Assembly (NCBI RefSeq): GCF_006345805.1
Contig: NC_042997.1
Span: 143,778,001 to 143,842,000, forward strand
Direction of reading: 5' to 3'
From: Octopus sinensis
Lineage: Eukaryota
DNA length: 64,000 bases
The notes under the pieces are model-generated. The model was given only the letters and a program-made list of their open reading frames with translations, had not been told where the DNA came from and did not search any database. Each line of letters opens with the position of its first letter. Position 1 is the first letter of the stretch. Both the position numbers and the translations under genes were made by a program. Shown here piece by piece: positions 63,341-64,000 of the stretch.

Positions 63341-63914
63341 TCAAGAGGGTATACTACGTATTGATCATGGCTGGAATATCTTTTTTTGACCAAAGCTCTG
63401 GTCGATTAGGGGTAAACAGTAACAATAACTTCCTAAAGCTTTTGATAAACGTATATCAAGGGAAATGCTTTCACGTGGGAATCAAATTGGATTTTGATTG
63501 GCTGGAGAAAACGATGACTGTCGTTGTTGTTGTTGTTGTTTAGGCTCAGGTCAGTCTCTACTGTGCATATTTACGGTGAAATATGTTGGCCATTAGGCCA
63601 TTACAATTTCGTCTTCTGTACGACATTGCACACCTTCCAGTTCTTTACCAGACGAGGTATTCTTGATTTAAGGCTTTAGTTCACATAATAAAACCGGTTC
63701 TTTTTGTAAGGGTTAAACTGTCTGTAGGCTGGTGCCACAGCTGGGCTAAGTAAAATAGAAAAAGTTAATTATTATAAAAGTTAATGGCGTATAAACTGAG
63801 TTCATAACTGAGCTAAGGAAAAAAGGACTCATTTTCTGAGGGTTACACAGTGTATAGGCTGTGGTCAGAAAAGGGCTAAAAAACAACAAAACATAAAGGT
63901 ACTTTTTCCGCAAG

Positions 63915-64000
63915 GGTTGTGTGGTAAGAAGTTTGATTCCCAACCACACGGTCCCGGATTCAGTCCCACTGCGTGGCACCTTGGGCAAGGGTCTTCTGCT
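63915..64000 (+). mobile_element. SINE family B head, cut by the window edge
   Basis: GTTGTGTGGTAAG...TTCAGTCCCACTGCGTGGCACCTTGGGCAAG. Confidence 0.85.

Overview
Eukaryotic, AT-rich, repeat-dense DNA with no intact protein-coding gene I can support. The SINE families and very long (TA)n/(TATG)n/(AAT)n tracts look like an Octopus (coleoid cephalopod) genome; that is an inference from memory, not a database result. The first ~36 kb is a birth-and-death cluster of one isoacceptor, tRNA-Thr(AGT): 5 complete near-identical genes (3267, 6066, 8154, 19521, 22794), one cut by the window edge, 7 decayed copies and 2 3' fragments. They sit in diverged segmental units that share an upstream flank and a fossil ~68-bp tandem repeat, and one gene lies in the loop of a perfect 253-bp inverted repeat. 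The window also carries several Penelope-type minimal hammerhead ribozyme motifs: one at the 3' end of a decayed Penelope-like element (53-55.6 kb), solo termini beside microsatellites, and a short element joining a tRNA-like Pol III head, a 44-bp hairpin and a hammerhead tail (9855-10162). The rest is SINEs of three families, non-autonomous Helitrons, mariner/Tc1/hAT fossils and MITEs, R4/Dong-like, RTE, CRE-like and CR1-like LINE fragments, and microsatellites. All coordinates were read by eye; ends of degenerate repeats are approximate.
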